Source: Candidatus Bathyarchaeota archaeon (GTDB lineage Archaea > Thermoproteota > Bathyarchaeia > Bathyarchaeales > Bathycorpusculaceae). Taken from it: a stretch of DNA of 64,000 nucleotides. Location of the stretch: assembly GCA_963782525.1 (NCBI GenBank), contig CAWAKC010000003.1, positions 256,001-320,000 of the forward strand. Reading direction: 5' to 3'. The first letter of the stretch is position 1; each line of letters opens with the position of its first letter. The notes beneath the pieces are model-generated. The model was not told the DNA's origin and ran no database searches. It saw nothing but the letters and a program-made list of their open reading frames with translations. The translations under genes were made by a program, and so were the position numbers. Shown piece after piece: positions 40,957 through 52,127 of the stretch.

Positions 40957-41345
40957 ATGATGCAACCCCAAGTCTCCAAATACGAAAAAGTGCTCAAACG
41001 CGAGAAAAAGGCCTCTGCATACATGATTCAAGTGTACTGTGAAAGCCATCATATAGGAAACGGTGAGCTTTGTCCCGAATGCGTCCAACTTAAGGAATTT
41101 TTGGTCTCATCTTTGAGAAATGTCAGGACCAAGAGAAGAAAAGCGGTTGTGGTCGATGTAACTTGCGTTGTTACCCGCCCGAAAGGAGAGAAGAAATAAC
41201 CAAGGTTATGGGTTACGCTGGTCCAAGGATGCGTACTATTCACCCCATTGTAGCAATACAGCTTCTTTGGGATACACGAAGAGAGCCGAGGCAAATAGAA
41301 GAGAAGCAACCACAAACATCTAAGCCTCAAACCTCTTCAAGATAA
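40957..41345 (+). pseudogene. YgbA-family (nitrous-oxide-stimulated promoter) protein, frameshifted
   Basis: MIQVYC..HH...LCPEC..L in one frame, and KC....KSGCGRC..RCY...REEI.KVM.YAGPRM...HPI.AI in another. The shift is at ~41100-41115. Confidence 0.75.
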
Positions 41346-41639
41346 CTTTTAGTCGGGTCCACACCTAAAATACCCGTTGAAGCGCACACTTAGACTCTGT
41401 TTTGCAAACTTTAGCCATACGGAAATAGCAAGACAAATATTCTGAGGAATTTGAAACCAAGAATTCGGTGTGGTTTTACACAAGCTATCAAAAAAAGAAA
41501 AGATGCATTTATCATGAAGATTGACAAAGCTTAGTTTCCCAGTACATACTTCAATATTAAGAGGCGCATATCGCTCCACCTTGTTTCATTAAGAAAATAC
41601 GTTTTTGTTTAGCTTAAAACCAAAAGTAGTCGTTTCGCA

Positions 41640-42077
41640 CTATTTTTTTTCTTCTGTGGGTTTTTGTCCTTCTGATGTGGGTGTTCCTTGCTGCGGAAGT
41701 TGCGAAGTATTAGCATACCCTGTTGAGAAAGGTGATTGGAATTTGCCAATGTTTTCTCTGATGATTCCGTATGCTTGTTCCGCAAGCGAATTTGGTAATT
41801 GACCTAACTCCAAAATTTTTTCGTCCCGTTTAACTGTTAGCTTGATGGTGGACCGCAAGATCCCTTTGTCTAACACTACATTTGTGATGTCTCTGTAACT
41901 GTAATCAGTGTAATCCTTCTTCAAGCCAAGCGCATGGGGATGCCGAAGAATTACCCGTTCGTTGGTAATTATTACGGAGTCTATGTTGATTTGGGGGTGG
42001 AATATTTTTTCTTTAATGTATAGCTCAACTTTTTCGTTTGAGCCAATTATGTTTTTGATATCGTCGGGAGTAGACAT
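41640..42077 (-). CDS. Bacterial-type PH domain protein
   Basis: SVIITNERVI...GLKKDYTDYSYRDI..V.LDKGILRSTI. Confidence 0.8.
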   Translation of the reverse strand: MSTPDDIKNIIGSNEKVELYIKEKIFHPQINIDSVIITNERVILRHPHALGLKKDYTDYSYRDITNVVLDKGILRSTIKLTVKRDEKILELGQLPNSLAEQAYGIIRENIGKFQSPFSTGYANTSQLPQQGTPTSEGQKPTEEKK

Positions 42078-42098
42078 TATAAGATCACCTTACAGTTC

Positions 42099-42506
42099 TT
42101 AGATTTTTGGGAAAAACGGCGCCGGATATGCTAATCCGAACAGAGCCCCAATTATTATGCTTAAGACGATAAAGATGACCCATGCTAGAATTGCTATGAG
42201 AATTGCTCTAAGCCAGCCTGTTTGGAAACTTGCTTTGAAAACCCAAATCCAAGCGATAAGCGCTAAAATGTAGCCGAAAATCAAAGCCGAAGCTCCTAGG
42301 AAAAAGCCCACCAAAAAGACCACAACGAAGTAGACGATTGGTCCGGCAAGCGTTGCCAGTAAAGCATCTCCAAAAGTCGCTTTTCCACCAGTTACCGCCT
42401 TTCCCGCAAGCCAAACTGGAATAGAAACAATTATCCAAAGAATAATCAGCCCTATTAAAGTATAAAGTATGCCTGGAAAAGACACATCAAAACCAGCTAT
42501 AATCAA
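42099..42506 (-). CDS. Four-TM membrane protein
   Basis: WLAGK...KATFGDAL...WVFK..F.TGWLRA, a paralogue-like match to 56548-56970. Confidence 0.75.
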   Translation of the reverse strand: MIIAGFDVSFPGILYTLIGLIILWIIVSIPVWLAGKAVTGGKATFGDALLATLAGPIVYFVVVFLVGFFLGASALIFGYILALIAWIWVFKASFQTGWLRAILIAILAWVIFIVLSIIIGALFGLAYPAPFFPKI

Positions 42507-42652
42507 TTAAAAATCCTCAAGTTACCTTAAGTTAGACGCTTTAGTTAAAGTTTGCTGTTGTAGATAGCCACAGCAGGCTGAGTTTGAGATAAGCCTTACT
42601 CTTTACTTAGTCACCAGAAAGAAATGAGTAATAAAAATTAATAATGCCATGG

Positions 42653-44080
42653 CTATAGCGAAGATAGTAATTTACTGCGCATTGGTCTCAACAAATGCCC
42701 GAAAAAATTAAGTACGTATTTTCTGGCTGCCCACAAGAGCCCTGATAACAGCACCAGAAAACCCAGAAACTGAACGGTTAAGAGTATATTGTTTTGATTG
42801 ATTGGGGAATCTACGTGGAAGGCGTAGCCGAAATCTATGTTGGGTTGGACTCGGAAAATCATGTATGATGCGGTTGCAAGTTTTTGTGCGGTTGCCATGT
42901 TGGCGAGAAGCGTCGTCGTTACCAAGAATAAACCCACAGCGCTAATCGCAACTAAGAGGGCTCTCTTTGCTTTCGTTGAATGCTTAGCTGATTTTAAAAG
43001 CAAAATCGTTTTGGTCGCCAACGAGCCTGCTGCTAAACTGAAGAAGGGCAGAGATTGGTAGATGTATTTGATGGCGCTGTTGTAGGGGGCTTTCAAGTTG
43101 AGGTTAACCGCCATATACGCCACTAAACCCAACGTGAAGAGTATGGTTGCGATGCAGATTAGGTCGGAAATAGCAGTTTGCTTTGAGAGACGTTTCCAAA
43201 AAACCATCCCAACACCGAAGGAAAAGATGACCGCTACTACAAAAAAGACGCCTAATCCGTCGCTTAACAAGAAATTTGGTATGAACATATAGGAGACGGG
43301 TATGTTTGGAAAATTTAGGTCATTGAAGTCGTTGTGCTGAATCAAGTAGAAAAAACCTTTTCCCATAATGATTTGGTACCACAGCACAGTTGAGAACAAT
43401 GCGGGCAAACTAAATACGCCAAGTTGACCGACGATTTGTCTTTTATTGTTTGGTCTATGAGTGAGGTATAGAAGCAGCAAGGGAATAAGCATGAAAACAG
43501 CAAACAGCTTAGTAAGCAGTGCAGCTGCAAAGAATATGCCTGCCACTCCTGCAAACTTCACTGAGTCTTTGCGGATGGCCAAGATTCCAAAAAAGAGGTA
43601 AATGAGGCTGAAAAGCAGGCATTGGACGTCTATGAGAAAACTGCGGCTCAGGATGAGTTCCCAAGGCGCCAGAGCAAAGAAGACCGCGGCAAACAAGCCG
43701 GTGGTTTCGTTGTAGAGTTCCTTTCCGACCAAATATACTGCGACGATACAAGCTAACCCAAACAGTGTAATCAACGCCACTCCATTCGACACTGAGAAAC
43801 CGAAAACGTGGAAGACTGCGGCCTCTGTGTAGAATCCCAATGGTGGCTCGTTGAAGAGATTGCCCCATGCATTGATGTATGGGTAGCCCCATCTGAGGAC
43901 ACCTTGGGCAGTAGAGAATTCTAGGTCAGTGTCAAGGGTTAGGTAGGGACCCATCGCGATGGAGATAAGTGTTACTCCGATTAAGATGGCTAAGAGGGGA
44001 TAATATTTTTTCAGTAGGTTCCTTAGGTTATGCTTGCCCAACATATGTATTATTTTATTTTGGAGCTTAACGGTCTCCAT
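42653..44080 (-). CDS. GT-C fold membrane glycosyltransferase (family 39/ArnT-like)
   Basis: DLE, NEPPLGFY, SRSFLID, AALLTK, multiple TM. Confidence 0.8.
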   Translation of the reverse strand: METVKLQNKIIHMLGKHNLRNLLKKYYPLLAILIGVTLISIAMGPYLTLDTDLEFSTAQGVLRWGYPYINAWGNLFNEPPLGFYTEAAVFHVFGFSVSNGVALITLFGLACIVAVYLVGKELYNETTGLFAAVFFALAPWELILSRSFLIDVQCLLFSLIYLFFGILAIRKDSVKFAGVAGIFFAAALLTKLFAVFMLIPLLLLYLTHRPNNKRQIVGQLGVFSLPALFSTVLWYQIIMGKGFFYLIQHNDFNDLNFPNIPVSYMFIPNFLLSDGLGVFFVVAVIFSFGVGMVFWKRLSKQTAISDLICIATILFTLGLVAYMAVNLNLKAPYNSAIKYIYQSLPFFSLAAGSLATKTILLLKSAKHSTKAKRALLVAISAVGLFLVTTTLLANMATAQKLATASYMIFRVQPNIDFGYAFHVDSPINQNNILLTVQFLGFLVLLSGLLWAARKYVLNFFGHLLRPMRSKLLSSL

Positions 44081-44145
44081 AGCGAGTTAGCTTTCCCGAC
44101 TCCTAAAGGCGTGCGATTAAAAAATAAAACTTTCCTATAAATGGG

Positions 44146-44622
44146 TTAGCCGAATAAGCTGAATATTAGCTGACCAAGAAAATGGCTGATGACGATTACG
44201 GGGATTGCGATGCCGAGGTGGATAATTACTTCTCTTATAGTGCTGGTTTTATTTTGAACGCCTATCATGTAACTCAGAAAAACCAATATCCCCAACCCAA
44301 TTATCGTACAGAAAACAGCGGCGTAATCCAGCGGCAGAAACGCAAACAGAACAACGAAAGTCAGGGTGATTCCAAAGCGGGTGATGAAGTTGCTGATGGT
44401 GAACATTCGTGTGTTCTCTTTTTTGGTTGCAGTTGATTCTCTGTAGATGTGGATGCCCAAAGAATCGGCGATGTTATCTGCGACTGCTATAACCAGCAAA
44501 GAACCAATCACGCTGGCTTGGGGGTTGCCTGAGGTCAGTAGCCCAAAAATTATTCCCAGGCTTGTAACGGTTGAGGACGTGGCGCCGAAACTAAATTTGC
44601 TAGGATCCTTGGGCATTTTCAT
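44146..44622 (-). CDS. VIT1-like membrane protein
   Basis: FSFGATS..VT, IAVADNIADSLGIH..ES. Confidence 0.75.
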   Translation of the reverse strand: MKMPKDPSKFSFGATSSTVTSLGIIFGLLTSGNPQASVIGSLLVIAVADNIADSLGIHIYRESTATKKENTRMFTISNFITRFGITLTFVVLFAFLPLDYAAVFCTIIGLGILVFLSYMIGVQNKTSTIREVIIHLGIAIPVIVISHFLGQLIFSLFG

Positions 44623-44703
44623 AAAATTACCTTTTTCAGTTATTATGATTAAAACTGGAATTTATTCAATTGCATTTTTTTTAAAAAAAAATAAGGGGAA
44701 TTT

Positions 44704-45345
44704 TTAGACGGTTGTAGATTGAGCAGGGGGCATCATTGATTGCATCGATTGTTCCTGAGGTTTCAACGTAAAGAAAGCAATCGCCAGTATCAACGCGGAT
44801 ATCCACATCAAGAATATCCCAATGACGGGAATTATTGCACCTATGAGAAGGATAAGCCCGGCAGTTCCGAATAAGCCCACACTTGATTTGTTTGAAACCT
44901 GTTTTAACGAACGCCAAACGAAGAAAGCAGCGATTATAGCGAAAATCCAAACGATGACTAAAACCACAAGTATCCCTGCGATGAATGGAAAGATTGCGGT
45001 TGGATCAATATTATTCGTGTTTGGGGTCATGCCTTGAAGTGTTGACCAGTCACCGTTCCAGCCAGGATAGATTTGGGTTATAAAATCCTTTATGTTCGTT
45101 AGGACAACTGCAAAAGCGAGAACTGCCGCAACAATTCCGCCTATGATGGCTATAGCTACACCATACATTGCGTTGCTGAAGATGCCGCTTTCCTTGTAAA
45201 CGTTTGCGAAGTTATGCAAAGCAACCAGCACTAGAATTACGCCTACTAACCCGATTACCCACAAGTACTGTAGGAAGGGGATTACACCGATGAATAGCAG
45301 TATTGCACCAATGCCGCCTAAGGTTTTGCTTGATTCTAAAGTCAT
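44704..45345 (-). CDS. DUF996 membrane protein
   Basis: MTLESSKTLGGIGAILL, GLFGTAGLILLIGA. Paralogue of 32333-32896. Confidence 0.85.
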   Translation of the reverse strand: MTLESSKTLGGIGAILLFIGVIPFLQYLWVIGLVGVILVLVALHNFANVYKESGIFSNAMYGVAIAIIGGIVAAVLAFAVVLTNIKDFITQIYPGWNGDWSTLQGMTPNTNNIDPTAIFPFIAGILVVLVIVWIFAIIAAFFVWRSLKQVSNKSSVGLFGTAGLILLIGAIIPVIGIFLMWISALILAIAFFTLKPQEQSMQSMMPPAQSTTV

Positions 45346-45455
45346 TTGTTATTCCTCTATATTTCTGTCACAGGACTAAAGATAAAAGCTTTTTTATGCA
45401 ACACCATGGCGATGAAAATTAGCTTTATTAAAAGTATGTTACAGAAAATGTTGGT

Positions 45456-45773
45456 CTATGTGCTCGCCAGTTGCCCCTGCAGGATGCTGTAATATGTTTG
45501 AAGGTAGATTTTGCCGTTTTCCGTTACAGTGTACACTTTTCTGGCGCGTCCATCTTTTTGCTGTTTTTTGCTTTCTACAAGGCCTTTGCGTTCTAATTCG
45601 TTTAGCGTGGGGTAGAGTGCGCCGTGGCGTAGTTTGATGTTAAAGTCAGTTTCTACCTGTTTTTTTATCTTATATCCCCATGTTGGCTCAGCTTGGATGA
45701 TGCGTAATAGCTGGATGTCTAGGAGGTTTCTGATTATGTGTTGTACAATTTCTTTTTTGTAGGTTTCTGACAT
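45456..45773 (-). CDS. PadR family transcriptional regulator
   Basis: P.WGY.I, GALYPTL..LE..GLV, RARKVY.VT..G. Confidence 0.9.
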   Translation of the reverse strand: MSETYKKEIVQHIIRNLLDIQLLRIIQAEPTWGYKIKKQVETDFNIKLRHGALYPTLNELERKGLVESKKQQKDGRARKVYTVTENGKIYLQTYYSILQGQLAST

Positions 45774-46025
45774 TTGGTTTCCTTGTTCGGGGTTGTTTGT
45801 GTATGGGTTGTATGGGTTGATGTTTGGATTTATTTAGGTTATGTTAATTTTTTTGGTGGTTGTATTGCGGGGTTATGTTTTGGTATGCTTTGGTTATGTC
45901 TGAGGCTTTATATCGGGGTTCAGTATAACTATGTAATCAAGATATGTCCGAATAAAGACATATTGTATACAAGTATAACAGAAAAACTGTTCTACAAAAA
46001 TACACAAAGTCGGGGAGAAGAAAAA

Positions 46026-46433
46026 ATGTTTAAACCAAACTCACAAAAAGAGGTTTCAACCAAACTAATGAAAGGACTGCTAGATCTAATAATCCTGCAA
46101 TTCCTCAGCACCGAACCCATGCACGGCTACCAAATCATCACAAAAATACGCAAAACCTTCGGCGTCTACTTCGGACCCAGCACCATCTACCCACTGCTAG
46201 GCACGCTGGAAAAGAAAGGATTCGTAGACAGCGTTTGGAACACCGATTTTGAGCGACCTAGAAAAGTCTACAAGCTAACAGCTGATGGACAGAGCATGCT
46301 AAACTACACTGAAGACTCATTGAATTTGATTCGCAGAAAAATAACGACAACAACCAACTCAGAAATAATGCAGCCAACCGTCAGCATGATAGCCACCAAG
46401 AGCAGAAAAACCTTAACATTAGAAGTACCTTAA
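46026..46433 (+). CDS. PadR family transcriptional regulator
   Basis: KGLLDLIIL, PMHGYQII, STIYPLL..LE..GFV, RPRKVYKLT. Start reassigned to ATG 46026 after GGAGAAG. Confidence 0.9.
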   Translation: MFKPNSQKEVSTKLMKGLLDLIILQFLSTEPMHGYQIITKIRKTFGVYFGPSTIYPLLGTLEKKGFVDSVWNTDFERPRKVYKLTADGQSMLNYTEDSLNLIRRKITTTTNSEIMQPTVSMIATKSRKTLTLEVP

Positions 46434-46570
46434 AACTGGCAAGTAATCTCAAGCTTGCAAGCAATTTTATCTCCAAACTGAATTTCTAAAATATAAGAAT
46501 CAGTTCTCTTTCCAAAAACTTGTTTTAAATACATCTACATATAATTGCTATGTACGTTTAGGGTGAACAG

Positions 46571-48292
46571 TTGAAGGAAGCAGAAAGTGAAACCTCCGAT
46601 TTAACCAGCCAAACTCTTGAGTTTTGTAGACACATCGCTGGTTCATCCAAAATCGCTTCTATAGCAATTGTAGATAATTATTCAATGAAAAATCCAAGCG
46701 AACGGCCAATCCACGAAGTAATGCTCATTATCCACAATTTTCAGCCTCGACTGATGCGTTACTTCAAAACAATCAATAACAAAACCATTTTTGTCTTTGC
46801 TGTTGACCAATGGATATTTGAGCGTGACGTTGACAGGGGGTTTCTAGGTGAAGCTATTGCGAGTAAACTTATTTTTCCTTATTCAAGCATTCAAGGCGAG
46901 GGCTATTTGCATGAAAAAGAGGTTGCGCTTAAGAAACGTTTGATTGTAGAGTTACTGGAGAATCTGGTTGTGAATTTTCCTGAGCTTGCCGAGAGCATCC
47001 AGATTAAACCCCAGTACTTCATGTATGAAATATTTTCTAATCGAACCAGAGTTTTCCCATTAATCGCTTATGACCTTGCAAAATTAACTAGTTGCCTTCT
47101 GCAAGATGAAGAGGAAGCGCTCAAAGGGTATAACCAAGCACTAAAACAGCTTGAAGCAGAAGAGAAAATCGTCAGCGTAAACGGCTACATAACTATATCA
47201 AAGAAATTCATCAATCAATGCCAAGACCCAAGAATAAAAATAATCAACCTTTCCAAGAATATGCCTCGCACACTCTTCACATCCATCTTCGGCGTCCTCC
47301 CTCAACTCATGAACATGGTCTCCGAAAACATCGAGGCTTTTCTCAGGACACAAAAAATCAATTGGAAGCGCCAACCTGATTCAAGCTGTTCGTATATTGA
47401 TCCGCAGAAATACGTTTTTTTCCCAACCTCAGAAGGGCTTGTTTCACTCTCCGATAAGATTGACATCAAAGGCTTTGCGGAAAAGATGCTCCTTAATGGA
47501 GAGAACACAAACATCGAGGTTGAACCTGTCGGCGGCATGTTAAACGACGTTTACTTAATCAAAACTTATGGGAAAGGCAGTGAAACCAAAGTCTTAGCGA
47601 AGCGTTTTAAAGATTGGTCGGGTCTAAAATGGTTCCCCTTAACACTGTGGTCTTTTGGAGCCCGATCGTTTGCCGTTGCAGGTCAAGCTCGTTTGGCAAA
47701 GGAATATGCGATAAGTGAGTTTTTGTACAGCGAAGGATTTAATGTCCCAAAAATTTTGCATGTAAGCAATGCAGAACGCATTATTTTCATGGAGTACATT
47801 GATGGGGAAAACCTTAGTGAAGCCATTAAAAGGTTGGCAACGTCAAAAGACCCCGCAACAACTGCGAATGTTTGTGATACAGTTGGCAGAGTAGGCGAGA
47901 TATTTGCCCTTGTTCATTCCCACAACGTTGCCTTAGGCGACACCAAACCAGATAATGTACTCATAAAGGAAGATGGCACAATTTTCCTGATTGATTTTGA
48001 GCAAGCGACAAAAGACGGCGACCAAGCATGGGACGTAGCAGTTTTCCTCTATTACAGCGGGCACTATCTTCAACCGTTCTACAGCAACGCTAAAGCTGAA
48101 GCCGTCGCCAAAGCATTCATAGCCGGCTACCTAAAAGGCGGCGGAAACATAATCAATGTTAAAAAAGCCGGGTCACCCAAATACACGAGGGTTTTCAGCA
48201 TCTTCACACCGCCTCCAACAATGCGCGTTATTTCAGATATCTGCAAAAAAACAGGAAAAAAGGAAGAAAAAATACTTGGTCAATTAAACTGA
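46571..48292 (+). CDS. Protein with degenerate nucleotidyltransferase-like N-terminus and RIO/Bud32/Kdo-like kinase domain
   Basis: VLAKRF, MEYIDG, H...GDTKPDN, LIDFEQ, WD. Confidence 0.75.
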   Translation: MKEAESETSDLTSQTLEFCRHIAGSSKIASIAIVDNYSMKNPSERPIHEVMLIIHNFQPRLMRYFKTINNKTIFVFAVDQWIFERDVDRGFLGEAIASKLIFPYSSIQGEGYLHEKEVALKKRLIVELLENLVVNFPELAESIQIKPQYFMYEIFSNRTRVFPLIAYDLAKLTSCLLQDEEEALKGYNQALKQLEAEEKIVSVNGYITISKKFINQCQDPRIKIINLSKNMPRTLFTSIFGVLPQLMNMVSENIEAFLRTQKINWKRQPDSSCSYIDPQKYVFFPTSEGLVSLSDKIDIKGFAEKMLLNGENTNIEVEPVGGMLNDVYLIKTYGKGSETKVLAKRFKDWSGLKWFPLTLWSFGARSFAVAGQARLAKEYAISEFLYSEGFNVPKILHVSNAERIIFMEYIDGENLSEAIKRLATSKDPATTANVCDTVGRVGEIFALVHSHNVALGDTKPDNVLIKEDGTIFLIDFEQATKDGDQAWDVAVFLYYSGHYLQPFYSNAKAEAVAKAFIAGYLKGGGNIINVKKAGSPKYTRVFSIFTPPPTMRVISDICKKTGKKEEKILGQLN

Positions 48293-48948
48293 CCTTCTAT
48301 AGCTGATACAACGAGATAGGTGGAAGCAAAAACTCCTCCAAAGACCAAGGAACCAAGTTTTCTTGGATTTTGGCCAATCCTTCAATTTAGCGACAAATTC
48401 ACAAATAGTCGAAATGGTCAAGGAAATTAAGCCAAACCCACTTTATGGTGCACACTGAAAATCAGCAACTATTCAAAAAATACTAAAACAACGTGCTACC
48501 GATTAATGAAGCAAAAGAGTATTTCTTGGCTTAATTAACAATCAACTATCCGGCATCACGGGTAGCGGTCGTCACACTGCCAAGGCTCAGGCTGCTCAGC
48601 TGTTGACGTTTCAGCACTTTCTTCAAAGCTGCCAAGAAGAACAAGGTGTTTCTTGCTCTTCACAGGAACAAACTTTTTGGATTGTAATTTCTAGCAAACA
48701 ATTGCAATATAAGAGCTCAACAATGTTGGCTGTTGATTGTTCGATGCTCGAAGAAGCCTGACATTAGGTAGTAGAGACAACTTGCTTGAATTTTTTAATG
48801 GCGGAAAACATGTTTTCGGCGTCTTCGAAGTTTCGAAGCAGCTCAGAAATACGGGTGTCTCCTCGACTTGAGGAGAACTAAGAATAAACCACCTCCCGCT
48901 CGGAAGAGTTATTTACCTAAATTAGAATTATTTACTTGAGGATTTTTC

Positions 48949-49233
48949 ATGAGTCAATTCTATTATAAGGGCTTATACAGAGTTAAGGTTGTAACGGAAA
49001 GTGAAGGCTACTGGATTGTTGAAGCGTTAGAAGACTTTAAGGATTGTATTGAAGGCGAAAAGGTCCCTGTTAAAGTAGGCGAAACACGTATCGTGCAACC
49101 GAACGATGTGATAAAGAAAGATGATTTGCCGCCAATGGTGCCTGAACATGCTTATGAGCTACAGTTGGAAAAGAAAGTAAAACGCATGGTTACAGAATAC
49201 GAAAAAGAAAAGAAAAAAGAGACCCAAGGTTAA
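48949..49233 (+). CDS. Conserved hypothetical protein
   Basis: GAGG RBS, ATG start, compact beta-rich N-terminus and coiled C-terminus. Confidence 0.6.
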   Translation: MSQFYYKGLYRVKVVTESEGYWIVEALEDFKDCIEGEKVPVKVGETRIVQPNDVIKKDDLPPMVPEHAYELQLEKKVKRMVTEYEKEKKKETQG

Positions 49234-50451
49234 CTTTGGAGATTTTGCGGAATGGGAAATCTGAGAGTGAATTTTACGCCCTTTCCTTTCTCGCTCTCGA
49301 AACCTACAGTTCCACCCATCGCTTCAGTCAATTTTTTAACTACAGGTAAACCGAAGCCCTGACCTTTGGCCTTTGTAGTGAAAAGGGGAGTGAAAATTTT
49401 AGCTTTAGCTTCATCAGACATGCCGTCCCCAGTATCCTCAACGCTGATTAACGCTTTATCTGGATCGCATACGGCAGAGACAATTAATTTTCCTCCTTTA
49501 GGCATAGCTTGTATTGCATTGGAAATCAGGTTTGTAAGAATTCGTTTTAAGTAGGAAGCGTCTATTTTAAGATTTGGATAATCTTTCTGAATGGTAAGGG
49601 AACACTTAATGTCTGAGGTTAGAGGGATGAAAGTTAATACTTCTTTAATAGTTTTTTCAACGTCGACTTCTGCAATTTGCGGGGCAGTCGTTCTGGCGAT
49701 GTCTTGAAGATCGGCCACTATCTTGTTTATATAAAATAACTGTTCCTCAATAAATGCAATACTTTCTTTAAGGTTTTTCTTAGAGCCATCATCAGACAAC
49801 TCTTCCACTTCGGCCTTTGCCAAGTAAAGCTCGCTGACAATTGATTGAAGCGGGTTTCTGATGTCGTGACCAACCATGCCTGCAGTTTTGCCGATGGTAG
49901 CTAAGCTTTCAGATTGCACTATTTTTTGTGCTTGCTCTTTAACAAGCGTCTCCAAGTCTTCAGTATGGAGCTTCTTCTCTGCTTCCCATTTTTTCATCTC
50001 AGTGATGTCTGAAAAGGATAGGACGGCTCCAAAGATTTTCTTATCGCCAGTTATGTAGGGTCGGATTCGCATTTGATACCAGTGGTTTCTATCGTTAATT
50101 TCATGTCTAACAGTACTTAGCCTGCGAATCGATGTCAGGAGTAGCTTTTCCAAGTCTTCTACGTGAATTGCCAGGCGCACTTCAGTGATTGGATGTTCTA
50201 CATCTGAGGGCGTAACGCGTAAAAGTTCTTGAGCTGAAGCGGTAAACCGTTTTATTTTAAGGTCGGCATCTACGATAACTACGGCAGTATCGATGTTGTC
50301 CATTAGGTTAGCAAGGTCATCGTTTAAATGAGAAAGGGTTTGGTTTCTGTTCTTGAGTTCATCGTTTAATGTTGTTAATTCTTCGTTAGCGGACTGCAAC
50401 TCTTCTTTGGATGTTTCCAATTCTTCGTTTGTGCTCATAAGCTCTTCATTA

Positions 50452-52127
50452 GAGACTGTGTGAAAAGTCTGCTCTAACTCGTCTATTATGCCGTTAACCT
50501 TAAATCTAGACCCTTCGCCCATAACAAACAAGACCAAAATAAGTGAGCAGACAATGAACGATGAAACCGACAGCTATGTAGAAGGCTTATCCAGAAACCA
50601 AACGTTCCTACTGCCCAAAACCATAGAAGAATACGTAGAACCAGACAACCCAGTCAGATTCATAGACGCCTACGTAAACACGCTGGACATGGAAAAGTTA
50701 GGCTTCACCCACTCAACACCACAAGACCTTGGAAGACCATCATACAACCCAAAAGATCTCTGTAAACTCTATCTCTACGGAGGCCTAAACCACATCCGAT
50801 CAAGCAGAAAGCTAGAACGAGAATGCAAAACAAACCTTGAGGCAATGTGGCTGCTCAAAGGCTTAGCACCCGATTTTAAAACCATAGCGGATTTTAGAAA
50901 AGACAACCCAGCAGCCATATGCGCCTTGTTCAAAGATTTTGTAGCTTTCTTAAAAGATCTCAGTCTCTATGGAGCAAAACAAGTAACCGTAGATGGCACC
51001 AAACTTCGGGCCGTCAACTCCAATGATAAAGCCTTTACCCAACGAGCGCTTGCAAAGAGAATAAAGGTCATGGAAAAATCAGTAAAACACTACCTAGACG
51101 AGTTAGATGCTGCAGATGAGCAGGAAGCATCTGACGAGCAACAAGCAAGTAGCGAGTCAGGTGAAGTGGCGAAGGCTTTTATGGTAGACAAATTGGCTGC
51201 GTTGCTTGAGAAAAAAGAAAAGAGCCAAGAAATCCTTGGTAAAATAGAAAAGAGTGGTCAAAAGGAAGTTGCTCTAACTGATCTGGATTGTCGGCAGATG
51301 ATGAATCATGGCAGAGTTGAATCCTGCTATAACATGCAGGCAGCAGTGGATTCAAAAAACCATCTCATCGTCAACTACCTGGTGACTAACGAAGCTTCAG
51401 ACCTAAATCAGCTCAGCGGAGTAGCTATAAGCGCAAAAGAAACACTAGGAGTAGAGCAGATTGATTGTATTTCTGATAAAGGTTATTTTGACTTCATGCA
51501 GATTAAGCAATGTGTTGACAGTGGGGTTACGCCTTATGTTGCAGTGAAGAGATCTGGAAGCGGTGGCGGTCTTGTGTCTCCGGAGTTTACTGCTGACAAA
51601 TTCCGTTATGATAAGAGTGCTGATGTGTATGTTTGTCCAGCTGGGCGGCGTCTTTTGTTTTATTGTTTGAGCGTTCGTGAAGGGATTGAGATGCGTATTT
51701 ACAGATGCCAGAAAGGTGTTTGCTCTTCATGCCAATTTTTTATGACTAAGTGCACAGGCAATAAGGTAGGTCGGGTAATTTGGCGGTGGGTGCACGAAGA
51801 AGTTGTCGATGATATGAGAAAGCGGATGAAATTGCATCCAGAGATTATGGGTGAACGCAAAAAAGTGATTGAGCATACGTTTGGAACTTTGAAGAGAGCG
51901 TTTGGTGCTCCATATTTGCTGCTTAAAGGTCTTCGCAAGGTTAGTGGGGAGGTTGGGTTGCTTTTGTTTTCTTATAATTTGAGGAGAGCTCTAAACATTC
52001 TTGGGGTTGAAGCTCTAATCCAAGCGCTTGTTAAAAAATAAAGAATAAGAGAAAGTAAAATCTCAAAAAGTATTAAGTACTTTTTCAAGTTAACAACTGG
52101 CCGCTGCGCTATTTTTTACACGGTCTC
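50452..52127 (+). mobile_element. IS1182-family insertion sequence, 1676 bp
   Basis: Inverted repeats GAGACTGTGTGAAAA / TTTTTACACGGTCTC, and a 4-bp target duplication ATTA (50448-51, 52128-31). Confidence 0.93.
50488..52041 (+). CDS. IS1182 family DDE transposase
   Basis: GRPSYNP, RSSRKLE, PDFKTIADFRK, VDGTK, YNMQ, SDKGY, RKKVIEHTFGTLK, YNLRR. The likely start is ATG 50554. Confidence 0.92.
   Translation: MPLTLNLDPSPITNKTKISEQTMNDETDSYVEGLSRNQTFLLPKTIEEYVEPDNPVRFIDAYVNTLDMEKLGFTHSTPQDLGRPSYNPKDLCKLYLYGGLNHIRSSRKLERECKTNLEAMWLLKGLAPDFKTIADFRKDNPAAICALFKDFVAFLKDLSLYGAKQVTVDGTKLRAVNSNDKAFTQRALAKRIKVMEKSVKHYLDELDAADEQEASDEQQASSESGEVAKAFMVDKLAALLEKKEKSQEILGKIEKSGQKEVALTDLDCRQMMNHGRVESCYNMQAAVDSKNHLIVNYLVTNEASDLNQLSGVAISAKETLGVEQIDCISDKGYFDFMQIKQCVDSGVTPYVAVKRSGSGGGLVSPEFTADKFRYDKSADVYVCPAGRRLLFYCLSVREGIEMRIYRCQKGVCSSCQFFMTKCTGNKVGRVIWRWVHEEVVDDMRKRMKLHPEIMGERKKVIEHTFGTLKRAFGAPYLLLKGLRKVSGEVGLLLFSYNLRRALNILGVEALIQALVKK

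Noticed and set aside
45774-46025. N-terminal extension of the PadR ORF
   Set aside because: It is low-complexity G/T-rich intergenic DNA, and the RBS and homology begin at ATG 46026.
48530-48890. Possible decayed minus-strand gene
   Set aside because: The frames I translated contain stops and match no recognisable family.
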